Below, piece after piece: positions 1-10,175 of a stretch of 64,000 nucleotides of DNA (position 1 is its first letter; each line of letters begins with the position of its first letter). The stretch is from Nitrosopumilus sp. Its GTDB lineage: Archaea > Thermoproteota > Nitrososphaeria > Nitrososphaerales > Nitrosopumilaceae. Both the position numbers and the translations under genes were made by a program. Where the stretch lies: contig OY759726.1 in assembly GCA_963662625.1 (NCBI GenBank), positions 352,001 through 416,000 on the forward strand, written 5' to 3'. Under the pieces are notes generated by a model, which saw nothing but the letters and a program-made list of their open reading frames with translations, was not told the origin of the DNA and did not search any database.

Positions 1-167
1 ACGTCGACATAGACGAGGCGGTAAAGGCGGCGCCGGTGGCAGTGGCCGCAACGGCGGCGCCGGCCGCGGGCGAGGCGGCGCCAAGCGAGGAAAAGAAGGA
101 AGAGCCCAAGGACGAAGGCAAGAAGGAAGAGGCGGCCATGGAAGGCCTGTCCTCACTGTTTGGCTAG
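1..167 (+). CDS. rpl12: 50S ribosomal protein L12 (P1/P2 stalk), 3' part only
   Basis: Manual translation VDIDEAVKAAPVAVAATAAPAAGEAAPSEEKKEEPKDEGKKEEAAMEGLSSLFG*; typical aP1 Ala-rich hinge and GLxxLFG end. Confidence 0.93.
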   Translation, partial: VDIDEAVKAAPVAVAATAAPAAGEAAPSEEKKEEPKDEGKKEEAAMEGLSSLFG

Positions 168-342
168 GGGAGCTTTTCCCATTTTTGATCTTTTGTAGCG
201 CGGTCAGGTTCGCGCCCGCGCGGGATTAGCGGGACTGCCGGCGTGCAATGAGACGCGGGGGCGCGGCAGGCCCGAGACGGCCTGCGTGCTTTTGCCACCC
301 GGCAGCCGTTACCGGATTGCCCACGGCCATGCCGCGGCAGGA

Positions 343-1209
343 TCAGGACGGGCTGTAGCCTTTTGCCATGCCCGCAAGCGACCTGGCATGGGCGTGGGCC
401 TTTTGCAGTACGAGGTCGCCCGTCTCGCCGGTCATGAACCCGGACTCTGTCGACACGGCCCGCGCGGACTGCGCCGCCTTGCCGAGAATCTGCGCGACGT
501 TGTCAGGCGTGACGTACGCCGCCTCGATCGACAGCGATGCGGCCTCCTGATGGGCCCGCGCGAACTCGCCGCGGATCGCCTCCAGATCGATCGCCATCTC
601 GTCCTCGGAGTACCTGCGGCCATCCTCCAGTGCCATGTATAGCGTTATCCCGGCCTCTATCGGCTTGATGTCCAGCTTTCCAAGGATCGATGCGAGCTTC
701 TCGTTGATTACCTCGCCCTTCTTCACGGGAGTCGTGTCCTTTTGAATCCAGATCGTCCCTTGGTCGATCTTCGTCGGGATGCCGGCCTCCTTGAACTCCG
801 TGAGCATGGGGCCAGGCGCGATCCCCGTGTTTTTCGCGGGAACCGTGATGTCGATGCTTGAGACGTCGCCCCCCCTGGCAGCCATCATGACCTTGTTTTT
901 TCCAAGCAGCACGTTCAGCCTGAACGGCGACATGTCAGTGAACAGGAGCATGCACTGGCCCGTGACGTCGCCCGCCATGCCCTTGACCCCGGGAACCCCG
1001 ACCCCCTCGAACGCCCTCTGGGCGACCCTGTCCTTTATGCCCATGAACACCACGTCGTCCTTGAGGATCTTCCTCAGCGGCAGGATCTGGGTCGACCTCA
1101 CCTTGTCCATCCTGACCAGCGCCAGGACCCTGTGTCTGCTTGGGAGCTCCTGCAGCTGCTGGTACATCCTGGCCTTCTTCTTGGGGTACGCCGTCCTGTT
1201 TTCATGCAA
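343..1209 (-). CDS. rpl10: 50S ribosomal protein L10 (P0)
   Basis: TGIAPGP and GIPTKIDQGTIWI motifs; overlaps rpl1. Confidence 0.95.
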   Translation of the reverse strand: MHENRTAYPKKKARMYQQLQELPSRHRVLALVRMDKVRSTQILPLRKILKDDVVFMGIKDRVAQRAFEGVGVPGVKGMAGDVTGQCMLLFTDMSPFRLNVLLGKNKVMMAARGGDVSSIDITVPAKNTGIAPGPMLTEFKEAGIPTKIDQGTIWIQKDTTPVKKGEVINEKLASILGKLDIKPIEAGITLYMALEDGRRYSEDEMAIDLEAIRGEFARAHQEAASLSIEAAYVTPDNVAQILGKAAQSARAVSTESGFMTGETGDLVLQKAHAHARSLAGMAKGYSPS

Positions 1210-1864
1210 ACTTCTTCTTGACCTCCTGGATCTGCTTTATCGGCTGGCCCATCGTGGCCTTCACCATTACCCTCTTGATGTTCTTTTCGCCGTTCGGCAG
1301 TTTCTTCTCCACCGCGCTCAGCACCGCGTGCGCGTTTACCGCCAGGTCCCCGTCTTCCATGGACTCGTCGCCGATCTTGCACGACACGGACAGCGACGCC
1401 CTGGTCCTGACCTTGATTGACGACCTGAACCTGGACAGGAACGCCTCGATCGGCGCGTTAAACGGGACCGGGGTCGGCATCTTCCCCCTGGGGCCCAGGA
1501 GCTGGCCCAGCGTCTTGCCTACCAGCGGCATGACCTGGGTGTCCGCCAGGAAGAAGTCGTACTTGTTGATGAACTTCCTGGACTCCCTCTTGTTGGCGGC
1601 GAACTTCTCCAGCTCCTCCGTCCCGACCACGGCGTCGGCGTTTGCCTGCTTTGCCTTCAGGCTCATGTCGCCCGTCGCCATGACGCAGACCGTCGCGGGG
1701 GAGCTGGTCTTTGGCAGCTGCACCACCTCGTTTAGCGCAAAGCCCTTCTTGACGTCGATGTCCTTGAAGTTGACGATGAGCTCTATCGACTGCTTGAACT
1801 TCCTCTGCTTCGTGTTCTGCTTGGCCTCCTTTATCATGTCGGCAAGCTGGGGCTCTGCAATCAT
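1202..1864 (-). CDS. rpl1: 50S ribosomal protein L1
   Basis: RKFKQSIELIVNFK, LGPRGKMPTP, KATMG motifs. Confidence 0.97.
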   Translation of the reverse strand: MIAEPQLADMIKEAKQNTKQRKFKQSIELIVNFKDIDVKKGFALNEVVQLPKTSSPATVCVMATGDMSLKAKQANADAVVGTEELEKFAANKRESRKFINKYDFFLADTQVMPLVGKTLGQLLGPRGKMPTPVPFNAPIEAFLSRFRSSIKVRTRASLSVSCKIGDESMEDGDLAVNAHAVLSAVEKKLPNGEKNIKRVMVKATMGQPIKQIQEVKKKFA

Positions 1865-2259
1865 TACGGATCACTGTCCCGATCGCCTACTTAAAATCGT
1901 TTAGAGGCAAGATCCGCGCGCCGCCGGGCCCGCGGGGAAACTGCCGCCGCTACCGGGATCCCCGACACCGGATCCGGCCGCCCCGGCATCCCGCGCGGCC
2001 CGCGGCGGGGGCGGCCAAGCCGCGGCGGCAGGGCCCGGCCGCGGGAGGGCGCCGGGCTGGTGCGGGGGACGCGCCGGCCCATGGCGAGCCGGGAGGCCGC
2101 GGCGGCACCGCGCGGCTAGGCCGGCCGCCCCCAAAGGTGCCGCGGCCGGTGCCACGGTTTGTTTTAAAAATTTACATGTTTTAGAAGCAATGTTTGGAAT
2201 TCAATGGCGATTTGCCCGGCAAAATTACATTTATTAAATCGCCGCCCGCTTTTTGTTCA

Positions 2260-2715
2260 ATGCACAAGTTCGACGATCTGGACATGAAGCTGCTGTACGA
2301 GCTCACGATCGACGGCTCCATCTCGGTCCCCGCGCTGTCTAAGAAGCTGGGAATCAACGCGTCGGTGCTGTACAGCAGGATAAAGCGGCTGGTAAAGAAG
2401 AAGATGATCAAAAAGTTCACGGTGGAGATCGACGACTCCCTGCTGGGCATAGGGGTCAAGGCGTCCGTCGGGATCAACCGCGACCCAAAGTTCAAGGACG
2501 CCATCCACAAGAAGTTCTTGGAGACCCCGGAGGTCGTGTCCATCTCGGAGGTCACCGGCAGGTTTGACATCATGATAAAGGTCTATGCCAGGAACCTGGA
2601 GGCGCTGCACTCCGTGGTGATCGAGAAGATCGGGAAGATCGACGGGATCCAGAACACCGAGACGTTCGTCGAGCTGCAAAAGACGGACAAGGATCCGGTA
2701 TACCTCATCCGGTAG
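2260..2715 (+). CDS. Lrp/AsnC family transcriptional regulator
   Basis: N-terminal HTH (DDLDMKLLYEL...SRIKRL) and RAM domain (EVTGRFD); start placed at ATG 2260. Confidence 0.9.
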   Translation: MHKFDDLDMKLLYELTIDGSISVPALSKKLGINASVLYSRIKRLVKKKMIKKFTVEIDDSLLGIGVKASVGINRDPKFKDAIHKKFLETPEVVSISEVTGRFDIMIKVYARNLEALHSVVIEKIGKIDGIQNTETFVELQKTDKDPVYLIR

Positions 2716-2720
2716 GGCGC

Positions 2721-3200
2721 CTACTGGAACTTTTCGTCCCACTTGCCCTCGCTGATCTCGGCGGTGATCTCCTTTGGCGTCTTCCCCTCGACCTTGACCC
2801 CAAGGGCCAGGCACGTGCCTATGACGGTCTTCGTGACCGCCTTGAGCGACGACGAGTAAGAGCCCTCCAGCTTGGTGTTGGCCACCTTGATGATGGAGTC
2901 CATGGTCACGTCCGCCACCCACTCTGTCCCGGACGCGCCGGAGCCCTTCTGGATCCCGGCCTCCTTCATGACGAGCGCCGCGGACGACGGTATGCCTATC
3001 TCTATCTCGTACTTTTTGGTGTCGCTGTCCACTATCACCGTGACGGGCACCTTCATGCCGTCAAAGTCCTTCGTCCTCTCGTTGATCGCGCTGATCACCT
3101 CCATGATGTTCACGCCGAGCGGGCCCAGCGCAGGCCCCAGTGGCGGGCCCGCGGACGCCGCCCCGCCGGTCACGAGTGATGATACTTTCTGCTCTCCCAT
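2721..3200 (-). CDS. rpl11: 50S ribosomal protein L11
   Basis: GGAASAGPPLGPALGPLG motif. Confidence 0.97.
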   Translation of the reverse strand: MGEQKVSSLVTGGAASAGPPLGPALGPLGVNIMEVISAINERTKDFDGMKVPVTVIVDSDTKKYEIEIGIPSSAALVMKEAGIQKGSGASGTEWVADVTMDSIIKVANTKLEGSYSSSLKAVTKTVIGTCLALGVKVEGKTPKEITAEISEGKWDEKFQ

Positions 3201-3237
3201 TGCCTAGTCGCCCACTAATGAAAATTTAATCCTTCCC

Positions 3238-3696
3238 CTAGGCCTCGCTCAGCAGCTTCAGGTAGTTCGCGTCCACCGTCACCGGGAGCTGGTACGACGC
3301 GTCGAGCAGCACCACGGTGGCCTCCTCCTTGTCCTGGTCGATCCTGGTGATGGTGGCCTTCATCCCCTTGAACGGCCCGCCCGTGATCTCCACCGTGTTG
3401 TCCACCGCCAGCTGGGACACCGTGGACTTTTTGATCAGGTAGCCCTCTATGTCCTTGAAGTCCAGCTCCCCGCGCAGCTGCCCCCTTATGTGCCTGATGC
3501 CCTCCACCGCCATGTACGCGTCGCTCGGGTTCACCGCCTCGATCACGACATAGCCCTTGAGGTTGTCGACCAGGAGGACAGACTGTATGTTGATCTGGTT
3601 CGAGTTGGACTTTGCCTCCAGCAGCCTCAGGACCACCTTTTCCTGGCCCCCGGTAGTCCTGATTGCAAAGAGGTGGGATTTTACTTCTTCGGTCAA
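3238..3696 (-). CDS. spt5: Transcription elongation factor Spt5/NusG
   Basis: NGN domain (TTGGQE, KGYVVIEA) plus KOW (VEITGGPFKG). Confidence 0.95.
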   Translation of the reverse strand: MTEEVKSHLFAIRTTGGQEKVVLRLLEAKSNSNQINIQSVLLVDNLKGYVVIEAVNPSDAYMAVEGIRHIRGQLRGELDFKDIEGYLIKKSTVSQLAVDNTVEITGGPFKGMKATITRIDQDKEEATVVLLDASYQLPVTVDANYLKLLSEA

Positions 3697-3872
3697 CTCT
3701 GCCTACCGTACGTGAGTACCGAAAATACGAACTGTATGATAAAGCCAATCGTGCCGACGCCGGCAATGCCCAGCAACACGAGCCTGAGGTGCTGCTGGTA
3801 CTCCTCCTTGTCCGGCTTTTTTGCCATCTTCATGGTGTTGACCATGTTCTTCAAAGTCTGCCTCGGATTCAT
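3693..3872 (-). CDS. secE: Protein translocase subunit SecE/Sec61-gamma (59 aa; missing from ORF track)
   Basis: Manual translation MNPRQTLKNMVNTMKMAKKPDKEEYQQHLRLVLLGIAGVGTIGFIIQFVFSVLTYGRQS*; KPxxEEY plus TM helix; TTGA overlap with spt5. Confidence 0.92.
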   Translation of the reverse strand: MNPRQTLKNMVNTMKMAKKPDKEEYQQHLRLVLLGIAGVGTIGFIIQFVFSVLTYGRQS

Positions 3873-3981
3873 TGCTGGAAATTACTTGCGTGACTTTATA
3901 TCTCTTATTCCGCGGATCCCTGCCGCGCCGCGCCGCGCAGCCGAAAAAGCTTTTTTTATCCGGGCGTCCGACATGTGTGTC

Positions 3982-4758
3982 GTGGAACTGCTCGTGGCGT
4001 ACCGGGACGATCCGGCCGGGCTCAACATGGCGGAGTCCCTGGCCGGGGACATGGATCTGCGGGACGGCGTCTACCGGGGGAAGCACTACGACCTGGTGAC
4101 GATCCCGACGCCGACCATCTCGGCAGACTGGCTGGAAGACAGGTACGACTACGACGGCTTTGTGTTTCTGTCAAAGCACGCGGCCGAGTCCGGGATCCTG
4201 GCCCTGACGTGCCACAGCACGGGCAACTTCGCGGGGGCGAAGTTCGGCGGCAGCGACAGGCAGGTCGCGGTGCCACACCCGGCCCTGCAGAAGGAGTACC
4301 TCCGGGCCCTGCGGGATGACGGTGGGCGGTTTCCGGGGTTCCAGATCACCATAGAGGCGACCCACCACGGCCCCACGGCCCTGTCCAGGCCCTCGATATT
4401 CGTCGAGGTCGGGACCGGGGAGGAGCAGTGGACGGACGCCGCGCTGTGCGGCAGGGTCGCGTCCGTCGTGCACCGGGTGATGGCGCGGCCGCGCGGGAGC
4501 TTCCCGGAGGCCATATGCTTTGGCGGCTCGCACTACCCTGAAAAATTCACCCGGGAACTGCTCGACGGGGAGCACTCCCTCGGGACCGTGATGCCGGCGC
4601 ACGCGCTGGGCGGCCTCGACGGGGAGATGCTCGGGCACATCCTGTCCCGGAACAGGGGCGCGACCGCCGCGCTGCTGGACTGGGACGGCCTCGGGCCGCA
4701 CAGGCAGAGGGTGGTCGGCCTCTTGGAGGGCACCGACCTGGAGGTGATAAAGCTGTGA
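3982..4758 (+). CDS. dtdA: Archaeal D-aminoacyl-tRNA deacylase (DTD2)
   Basis: FLSKH, LTCHSTGN, IEATHHGPT, FVEVG, GGSHY motifs; GTG start inferred. Confidence 0.9.
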   Translation: MELLVAYRDDPAGLNMAESLAGDMDLRDGVYRGKHYDLVTIPTPTISADWLEDRYDYDGFVFLSKHAAESGILALTCHSTGNFAGAKFGGSDRQVAVPHPALQKEYLRALRDDGGRFPGFQITIEATHHGPTALSRPSIFVEVGTGEEQWTDAALCGRVASVVHRVMARPRGSFPEAICFGGSHYPEKFTRELLDGEHSLGTVMPAHALGGLDGEMLGHILSRNRGATAALLDWDGLGPHRQRVVGLLEGTDLEVIKL

Positions 4759-5054
4759 ACGTCGAGGAGAGGGTCTACAGGAAGCTGCTAGACGTGCCCC
4801 GGGGCAAGGTCACCACGTACGGCGAGCTCGCGAGGGCCGTGGGGATGGAGAACGGGCAGCGCGCGGTAGGGCGCATCATGAACCGGAACCCGTACCCGGC
4901 GCTGGTGCCGTGCCACAGGGTCATCCTGTCCAGCGGGAAGATCGGCGGCTATGCGTACGGGGGCGAGGTCAAGGCCAGCATGCTCGCCCGGGAGGGCGTG
5001 GACGTACTGGACGGGAAGGTCGCCGACTTTGAGGAACGGCTCCACAGGTTCTAG
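4755..5054 (+). CDS. ogt: O6-methylguanine-DNA methyltransferase family protein (short form)
   Basis: GKVTTYGELA, RAVG, active-site PCHRV. Confidence 0.88.
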   Translation: MNVEERVYRKLLDVPRGKVTTYGELARAVGMENGQRAVGRIMNRNPYPALVPCHRVILSSGKIGGYAYGGEVKASMLAREGVDVLDGKVADFEERLHRF

Positions 5055-5506
5055 CCATTTCTCTTGGCGACAGCCTCTTCCATCAGGGTCCTGAGGTGGG
5101 CCTTGTTCCTCACGGTGTTGCCGCCCACCTTCTTGTACAGGGTCCAGAACTCGGGGTTGGTCAGGTCCTTCCTGTCCTTGGCGATCTTCAGCAACCTCCT
5201 CAGCGAGCGGACCTTCGCCACGTAGGCGCTCTTCTTTCCCACCCTGGCGCCCTTCCGCCCATGCTTGGAGCCCTGGGTGGTCCCGCGCTTGTTCCTCTGG
5301 GACTTCTTCTTGTGGGCCCGCCCCTTGGAGGTGCCGGTGATCGACTTTATCTTGATCGTGTTGGCCGTTATCAGGCTGCGGATGTTCGCCCTGGTGATGG
5401 CGTCGGCGACGTCTTCCAGGTGGTCCGAGTCAAACTTCACCCTGTGGATCCCCACGCCCGTGACCCTGGACACGAGCCTTTTTTTGGCCCTGAGGTTAAC
5501 TACCAC
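5051..5506 (-). CDS. rpl19e: 50S ribosomal protein L19e
   Basis: NLRAKKRL, DAITRANIRSLI, GSKHGRKGAR. Confidence 0.95.
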   Translation of the reverse strand: MVVNLRAKKRLVSRVTGVGIHRVKFDSDHLEDVADAITRANIRSLITANTIKIKSITGTSKGRAHKKKSQRNKRGTTQGSKHGRKGARVGKKSAYVAKVRSLRRLLKIAKDRKDLTNPEFWTLYKKVGGNTVRNKAHLRTLMEEAVAKRNG

Positions 5507-5894
5507 CGGCGCTCACCCTGGCGTTGAAGATCTTAAACTTGCCCTCGATCGCCCTTGCCATTATCTCCTTCCTCTTCTTCGTGCCGACGCCGTGCCCGAA
5601 CCTGACGCCGTCGGTCTTGGGATCGAGCTTCTCCAGGTCGGCGGCGTTGTGCACCAAGTTGTCGGTGTACCCTGACGGGTGCAGCCCCCTGGAGCGTTTC
5701 GGCCCGCCGTAGCCCACCTTGACGAGCCCGGGGCGGCCCCGGCTCTTCTGCTTGCGCTGGTGGTGATCTATCCCCTTCGGCTTCCTCCACGTGGTCTGGA
5801 GCCTCTTGTAGCGCCAGCTCTCGGGCCTCACAAAGTCCGGGTTCCCGCCCTTGACCTCGTCGCGCTTCTCCAGGGCGTCCTTGTTGATTGGCAT
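5496..5894 (-). CDS. rpl32e: 50S ribosomal protein L32e
   Basis: WRKPKGIDH, KVGYG, RGLHPSG; real start ATG 5894 (ORF-track extension is spurious). Confidence 0.95.
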   Translation of the reverse strand: MPINKDALEKRDEVKGGNPDFVRPESWRYKRLQTTWRKPKGIDHHQRKQKSRGRPGLVKVGYGGPKRSRGLHPSGYTDNLVHNAADLEKLDPKTDGVRFGHGVGTKKRKEIMARAIEGKFKIFNARVSAGGS

Positions 5895-5938
5895 CAGGCT
5901 ATTTCCTGAAATTTTACATAAATACGTTCCTAGGACGG

Positions 5939-6041
5939 CAGTTGAGCTAAATGCGTGCCGGATCGAGGCGGGGCGCGTGGCCCCGCGGTGCGCAAAGCCC
6001 CGGCCACTGCGTCTGGCGCGGGCTCGCATTTCGCCCAGCTG
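5939..6041. mobile_element. 103-bp MITE with degenerate ISH3-type TIRs and 5-bp TSD GACGG
   Basis: Left end CAGTTGAGCTAAATGCG, right end CGCATTTCGCCCAGCTG; both resemble the CAGTTAAGCGAAATGTAC TIR at 42347; GACGG at 5934-5938 and 6042-6046. Confidence 0.75.
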
Positions 6042-6472
6042 GACGGCCAGGCCAGCCGCCGGGCCCCAGCCCCAGGAGGCCGGCCCGCCCGGATGCCGCG
6101 CCGCCCGGCCGCACCCGTCGGGGCGCCCTGCCCAACCGCGCGGCAGCTCGGATTGCCCCGCTCGTGCGCAGGGGAGCCGGCCCCGCGCCATGAGAGGGGT
6201 CGATCCGCCCGGGCGACGGCGCCCGGGCGGCAGCCACGCGTTCGCGCGCGCCACTGCGTACGCGGGGCGCCGGGCGCCCCGCCCGCGCGCGGCCCCGCCG
6301 CCGGCGCGGGATCCCGCGCGCCCCGGATCCGCCGGCGCGCCGGGGCGCGGCATGTGCCGCGGCCCGACGGCATTTCTTGGCAAAGAGATAATAAGGAACG
6401 TCAAGTCGGATCGAAATATCTCATGGCGGGGTTCGGGAGTTCTGCAGGGGAATTCGCTGGGGGCGGCACGGA

Positions 6473-8074
6473 ATGACGCAGGTGCTGGGCAGCGCGGCCG
6501 GCGAGAAATTCGCCTCGCAGCTGGTCGGCTTCGGGATAAACCCGTCCAGGGCATACAGGAACCTGACCGTGGAGGAGCTTATGGACGCCGCGGTGTCCAG
6601 GGGAGAGGGCGTGGTCAACGCCACCGGCTCGCTCTCCGTAAACACCGGAAAGTACACCGGCCGCTCCCCCGATGATCGCTTTATCGTGTACGACGGAAGG
6701 ACCCACGATGCGGTGGACTGGGGCAAAATCAACCACCGGTTCCCGGGAGACAAGTTCGAGGCGATCCTGAAGAACATGAGGGACTCTGTAAGGGACAGGG
6801 ATCTCTTCGTGTTCGACGGGTTCGTGGGGGCCGCAAGGGAGGCAAGGCTCCCGATACGAGTCATCAATGACAGGGCTTGGCAGAGTCTCTTCGCCAGGCA
6901 GCTGTTCATCAGGCCGTCAAGGGCGGAGCTTGAGGCGCACGAGCCGGAATTCACGGTGCTGTGCATCAACGACTTCGAGTCGGTCCCGGATGTGGACGGC
7001 ACGGCCTCGAACGTCTTCATCCTCATCGACCTGACCCGGAAGATCGTGCTGATTGGCGGGACCCGGTACGCCGGCGAGATGAAAAAGTCGATGTTCAGCG
7101 TGATGAACTTCCTGCTGCCCGAGCGGGGGATATTTCCCATGCACTGCTCTGCGAACGTCGGCAAGGGCGGCGACACGGCGCTGTTCTTTGGCCTGTCCGG
7201 CACCGGCAAGACGTCGCTGTCGGCCGATCCGAACCGCCTGCTCATCGGCGACGACGAGCACGGCTGGTCCGACTCCGGAATATTCAATTTCGAGGGGGGG
7301 TGCTACGCCAAGTGCATCAACCTGAACCGCGAGGAGGAGCCGGAGATCTGGGACGCGATCAGGCCGGGCGCGGTCCTGGAAAACGTGGCCCTGCGCGGCT
7401 CCGAGCCCGACTACGACGACAACCGGATAACCGAGAACACCCGCGTGGCATACCCGCTGGAGCACATCCGGGGGGCGGTCATCCCTAGCATCGGCGGCCA
7501 CCCTCGGGTGATCGTGTTCCTTACCGCCGACGCGCTGGGGGTCCTGCCGCCGATCTCCAGGCTCACGAAGGAGGGGGCGATGTTCCACTTCATGTCCGGC
7601 TATACCAGCAAGCTCGCCGGAACCGAGAGGGGGATCAAGGAGCCAAAGTCGGTGTTTTCGGAATGCTTCGGGGCCCCCTTCATGCCCCGGCCGGCGTCGG
7701 CCTACGCCAAGCTGCTCGGAGAGAAGATCGCCGCGCACAACACCGTCGTGTACCTGGTAAACACGGGCTGGTCGGGCGGCCCGTACGGCGTGGGGAAGCG
7801 GATCAAGATAAAGTACAGCAGGGCGATGGTGACCGCGGCCATCACCGGGGCGCTTGACAACGTGCGGTACAACCACGATGACATCTTCAACTTGGACACC
7901 CCCGCCGAGGTCCCGGGCGTCCCGCCCGAGATCCTGGATCCCAAAAACACCTGGGTCGACAAGGACTCGTATGACCTGGCCGCAAGCAAGCTGGCGTACA
8001 TGTTCATCGAGAACTTTAAGAAGTTCAACGGCGTCGACGCGGGCATAATAGGCGCAGGGCCGAGGCCCGCCTAG
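6473..8074 (+). CDS. pckA: Phosphoenolpyruvate carboxykinase (ATP)
   Basis: TGRSPDDRF, YAGEMKKS, FGLSGTGKTSLS, IGDDEHGW, EGGCYAK, ENTR. Confidence 0.97.
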   Translation: MTQVLGSAAGEKFASQLVGFGINPSRAYRNLTVEELMDAAVSRGEGVVNATGSLSVNTGKYTGRSPDDRFIVYDGRTHDAVDWGKINHRFPGDKFEAILKNMRDSVRDRDLFVFDGFVGAAREARLPIRVINDRAWQSLFARQLFIRPSRAELEAHEPEFTVLCINDFESVPDVDGTASNVFILIDLTRKIVLIGGTRYAGEMKKSMFSVMNFLLPERGIFPMHCSANVGKGGDTALFFGLSGTGKTSLSADPNRLLIGDDEHGWSDSGIFNFEGGCYAKCINLNREEEPEIWDAIRPGAVLENVALRGSEPDYDDNRITENTRVAYPLEHIRGAVIPSIGGHPRVIVFLTADALGVLPPISRLTKEGAMFHFMSGYTSKLAGTERGIKEPKSVFSECFGAPFMPRPASAYAKLLGEKIAAHNTVVYLVNTGWSGGPYGVGKRIKIKYSRAMVTAAITGALDNVRYNHDDIFNLDTPAEVPGVPPEILDPKNTWVDKDSYDLAASKLAYMFIENFKKFNGVDAGIIGAGPRPA

Positions 8075-10131
8075 GCCGCCCTCCGGATGATCAGCCCGAT
8101 CGCGCCGATCGCCGCGACGATGCCCGCCATGATCCCGATCTGCCTTTCGGGGACGTCGACATCCCATGGGCCTCCCCCTGAGCGTCCGGGCAGCGAGTCC
8201 ACGGTGACCGTCGCAAACGCGTCGTGCGGCTCCCCATCCACCAGGATGTCTGCCTCTATCCAGTACTCGGCGTTCCCGTATATGCCGACAGACCCGGGCC
8301 TTTCCGGAGTCATCGTGGCCGTCTGCGTCCTTCCGTCGATGCTGTTCGTGGCAGAGACCTTCGCGAACCCCCACTCTTCGGGGTGGCGGACGTCGAAAAC
8401 CAGCCTGTCCCCCTGCACGCTGGCGCCGACGCTCCCCTCGGTGTGGTGGATCACGAGGGGAACCGCGTATTCGGTCTCCCCGTGGCTGACGCGTATCCTC
8501 GCCTCGTGGTCGCCGTAGTCGTCCCCCTCCACGTCCAGCCCTACCCTCAGCACGCCTCCCTCCAGGAAGCTTGAAAACCCCACGGATTCCGGGCCGTCAA
8601 ACGACACGGCCAGCCCGTCAAGCGTCCCCTCCAGCGGCTTCAGGCGCAGCTCCTTCTGCACCGCGGGCTCGAACGACGAGAGGCTCGCCACCAAGCTCGG
8701 GGGCTGTATGATCAGCCTTGCCCCGAACGCCTCGGCGATGTCCAGCCTGCCGGCCCCAGCGTCGTTGACGGAAAACTCGTTCCCGTACGCGTCGGCCACC
8801 GGCTTCACCGTGGTCAGGAGCAGCGACTTGATCTCGTGGTGGTGGATCCCGGGGTTCTTCTGCATCAGCAGGGCGGCCGCCCCGCTGACGTGGGGCGCGG
8901 CGTAGCTCGTGCCGCTGGTAAAGTTGTATCCCGCGTTGTTCTGGGTGGTGTTGATGTAGGCGCCCGGGGCCACGATGTCGGGCTTGATGTAAAACGGCGA
9001 CACCGGGCCCCTCGAGCTGAAGTGGGCCACGAAGTCGGGGTTGTAAAACAGGTGGAGCGCGCCCTCCAGCGGCCCGGCCAGCATGTCGATGATCTCCAGC
9101 CCGTCCTTCCTGTCGATGGACACCACGGGGATCCTCGGCTCGTAGCCATCTCCTGCAAACCGGTGCTTCAACTCCCCGAGGAAGATCCCGGGCTTGTTGT
9201 TGTAGACGATCAGCGCGGCGGCGCCGGCGTCGGCGGAGTTGGACTCTTTTTCCGAAAAGTACAGGATCTCGCCCTCCACGCTGCCCCTCTCGGCCAGCAG
9301 GATCTTGCCGCCGGCGTCGATGCCCACGAAGTCGCCTGCCCGCGCGTGGCCCGCGGACACGACCTCGGCGCGCACCGGCTCGTAGAGCATGGACGAGCCT
9401 GCCATCGGGATTGCGGTGTACTGCTTGCCGTCCACCTCGAGCGTCGCGACCAGGCTGGAGGCGAGGTTGTTGTACGTCGCGCCCACCGTCACCGTGCCCG
9501 GGTTCCTCCCGGGGCTGCCGATGGATCCGCCGTCCGGCCCGTCGTTCCCCGCGGCCGCCACCACGAATATCTCGCGGTCAAGCGCGTCGTTTATCGCGCG
9601 CTCTATCCTCGTGTTGGTCTTGTTCACGCCCAGGCTGATGTTGATGATGTCGGCGCCGTCGTCGATCGCCATGCCTATGGCCCTGATGATCAGATCCGAC
9701 GACACCCCCTTGCCGTCCTCGGAGACCTTGTAGGCCAGGATCTTGGCCTTCGGCGCGATGCCGGTCACGTGCCCGTCGGCGGCGATCACCCCGGCTACCT
9801 GGGTGCCGTGCCCGTTCGTGTCGATCGGCAGCTCCGCCTCGTCGATAAAGTTGTACCCGCCGATTACCTTCCCGTCAGGCCCCCATCCCAGCAGGTCCGG
9901 GTGGTTGTAGTCCACCCCAGTATCGATCACTGCCACCACCACCCCGCCGCCGTCGATCCCCCCCGTCCTTGGAACGTCGGTCCCGACGAACGGGGCGCTC
10001 TTGTCCAGGTAGGCGCGGCCGCCGTCGCCCGGGTATGCCCCGTGCGAGACGGCATACGCCGACAGGGCCACGATTGCTGCAAATGCCAGGAATCTCGCGA
10101 TCCCGGCCCCCCGCGAGCATGTGAACGCCAA
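8071..10131 (-). CDS. Membrane-anchored S8 (Vpr-like) serine peptidase with PA domain
   Basis: Triad VIDTG, HGTQVAG, GTSYAAPHVSG; signal-like N-terminus; C-terminal TM helix. Confidence 0.92.
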   Translation of the reverse strand: MAFTCSRGAGIARFLAFAAIVALSAYAVSHGAYPGDGGRAYLDKSAPFVGTDVPRTGGIDGGGVVVAVIDTGVDYNHPDLLGWGPDGKVIGGYNFIDEAELPIDTNGHGTQVAGVIAADGHVTGIAPKAKILAYKVSEDGKGVSSDLIIRAIGMAIDDGADIINISLGVNKTNTRIERAINDALDREIFVVAAAGNDGPDGGSIGSPGRNPGTVTVGATYNNLASSLVATLEVDGKQYTAIPMAGSSMLYEPVRAEVVSAGHARAGDFVGIDAGGKILLAERGSVEGEILYFSEKESNSADAGAAALIVYNNKPGIFLGELKHRFAGDGYEPRIPVVSIDRKDGLEIIDMLAGPLEGALHLFYNPDFVAHFSSRGPVSPFYIKPDIVAPGAYINTTQNNAGYNFTSGTSYAAPHVSGAAALLMQKNPGIHHHEIKSLLLTTVKPVADAYGNEFSVNDAGAGRLDIAEAFGARLIIQPPSLVASLSSFEPAVQKELRLKPLEGTLDGLAVSFDGPESVGFSSFLEGGVLRVGLDVEGDDYGDHEARIRVSHGETEYAVPLVIHHTEGSVGASVQGDRLVFDVRHPEEWGFAKVSATNSIDGRTQTATMTPERPGSVGIYGNAEYWIEADILVDGEPHDAFATVTVDSLPGRSGGGPWDVDVPERQIGIMAGIVAAIGAIGLIIRRAA

Positions 10132-10175
10132 TTGATTTGTAAAGCAATAAATGGAATAAAAATTTAGACTGCCTT

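Noticed and set aside
5851-6675. Long Arg/Pro/Gly/Ala-rich ORFs in GC-rich spacers (also 1891-2155, 40078-41139, 56499-56726)
   Set aside because: Explained by stop-codon scarcity at very high GC; no protein motifs other than IS remnants.
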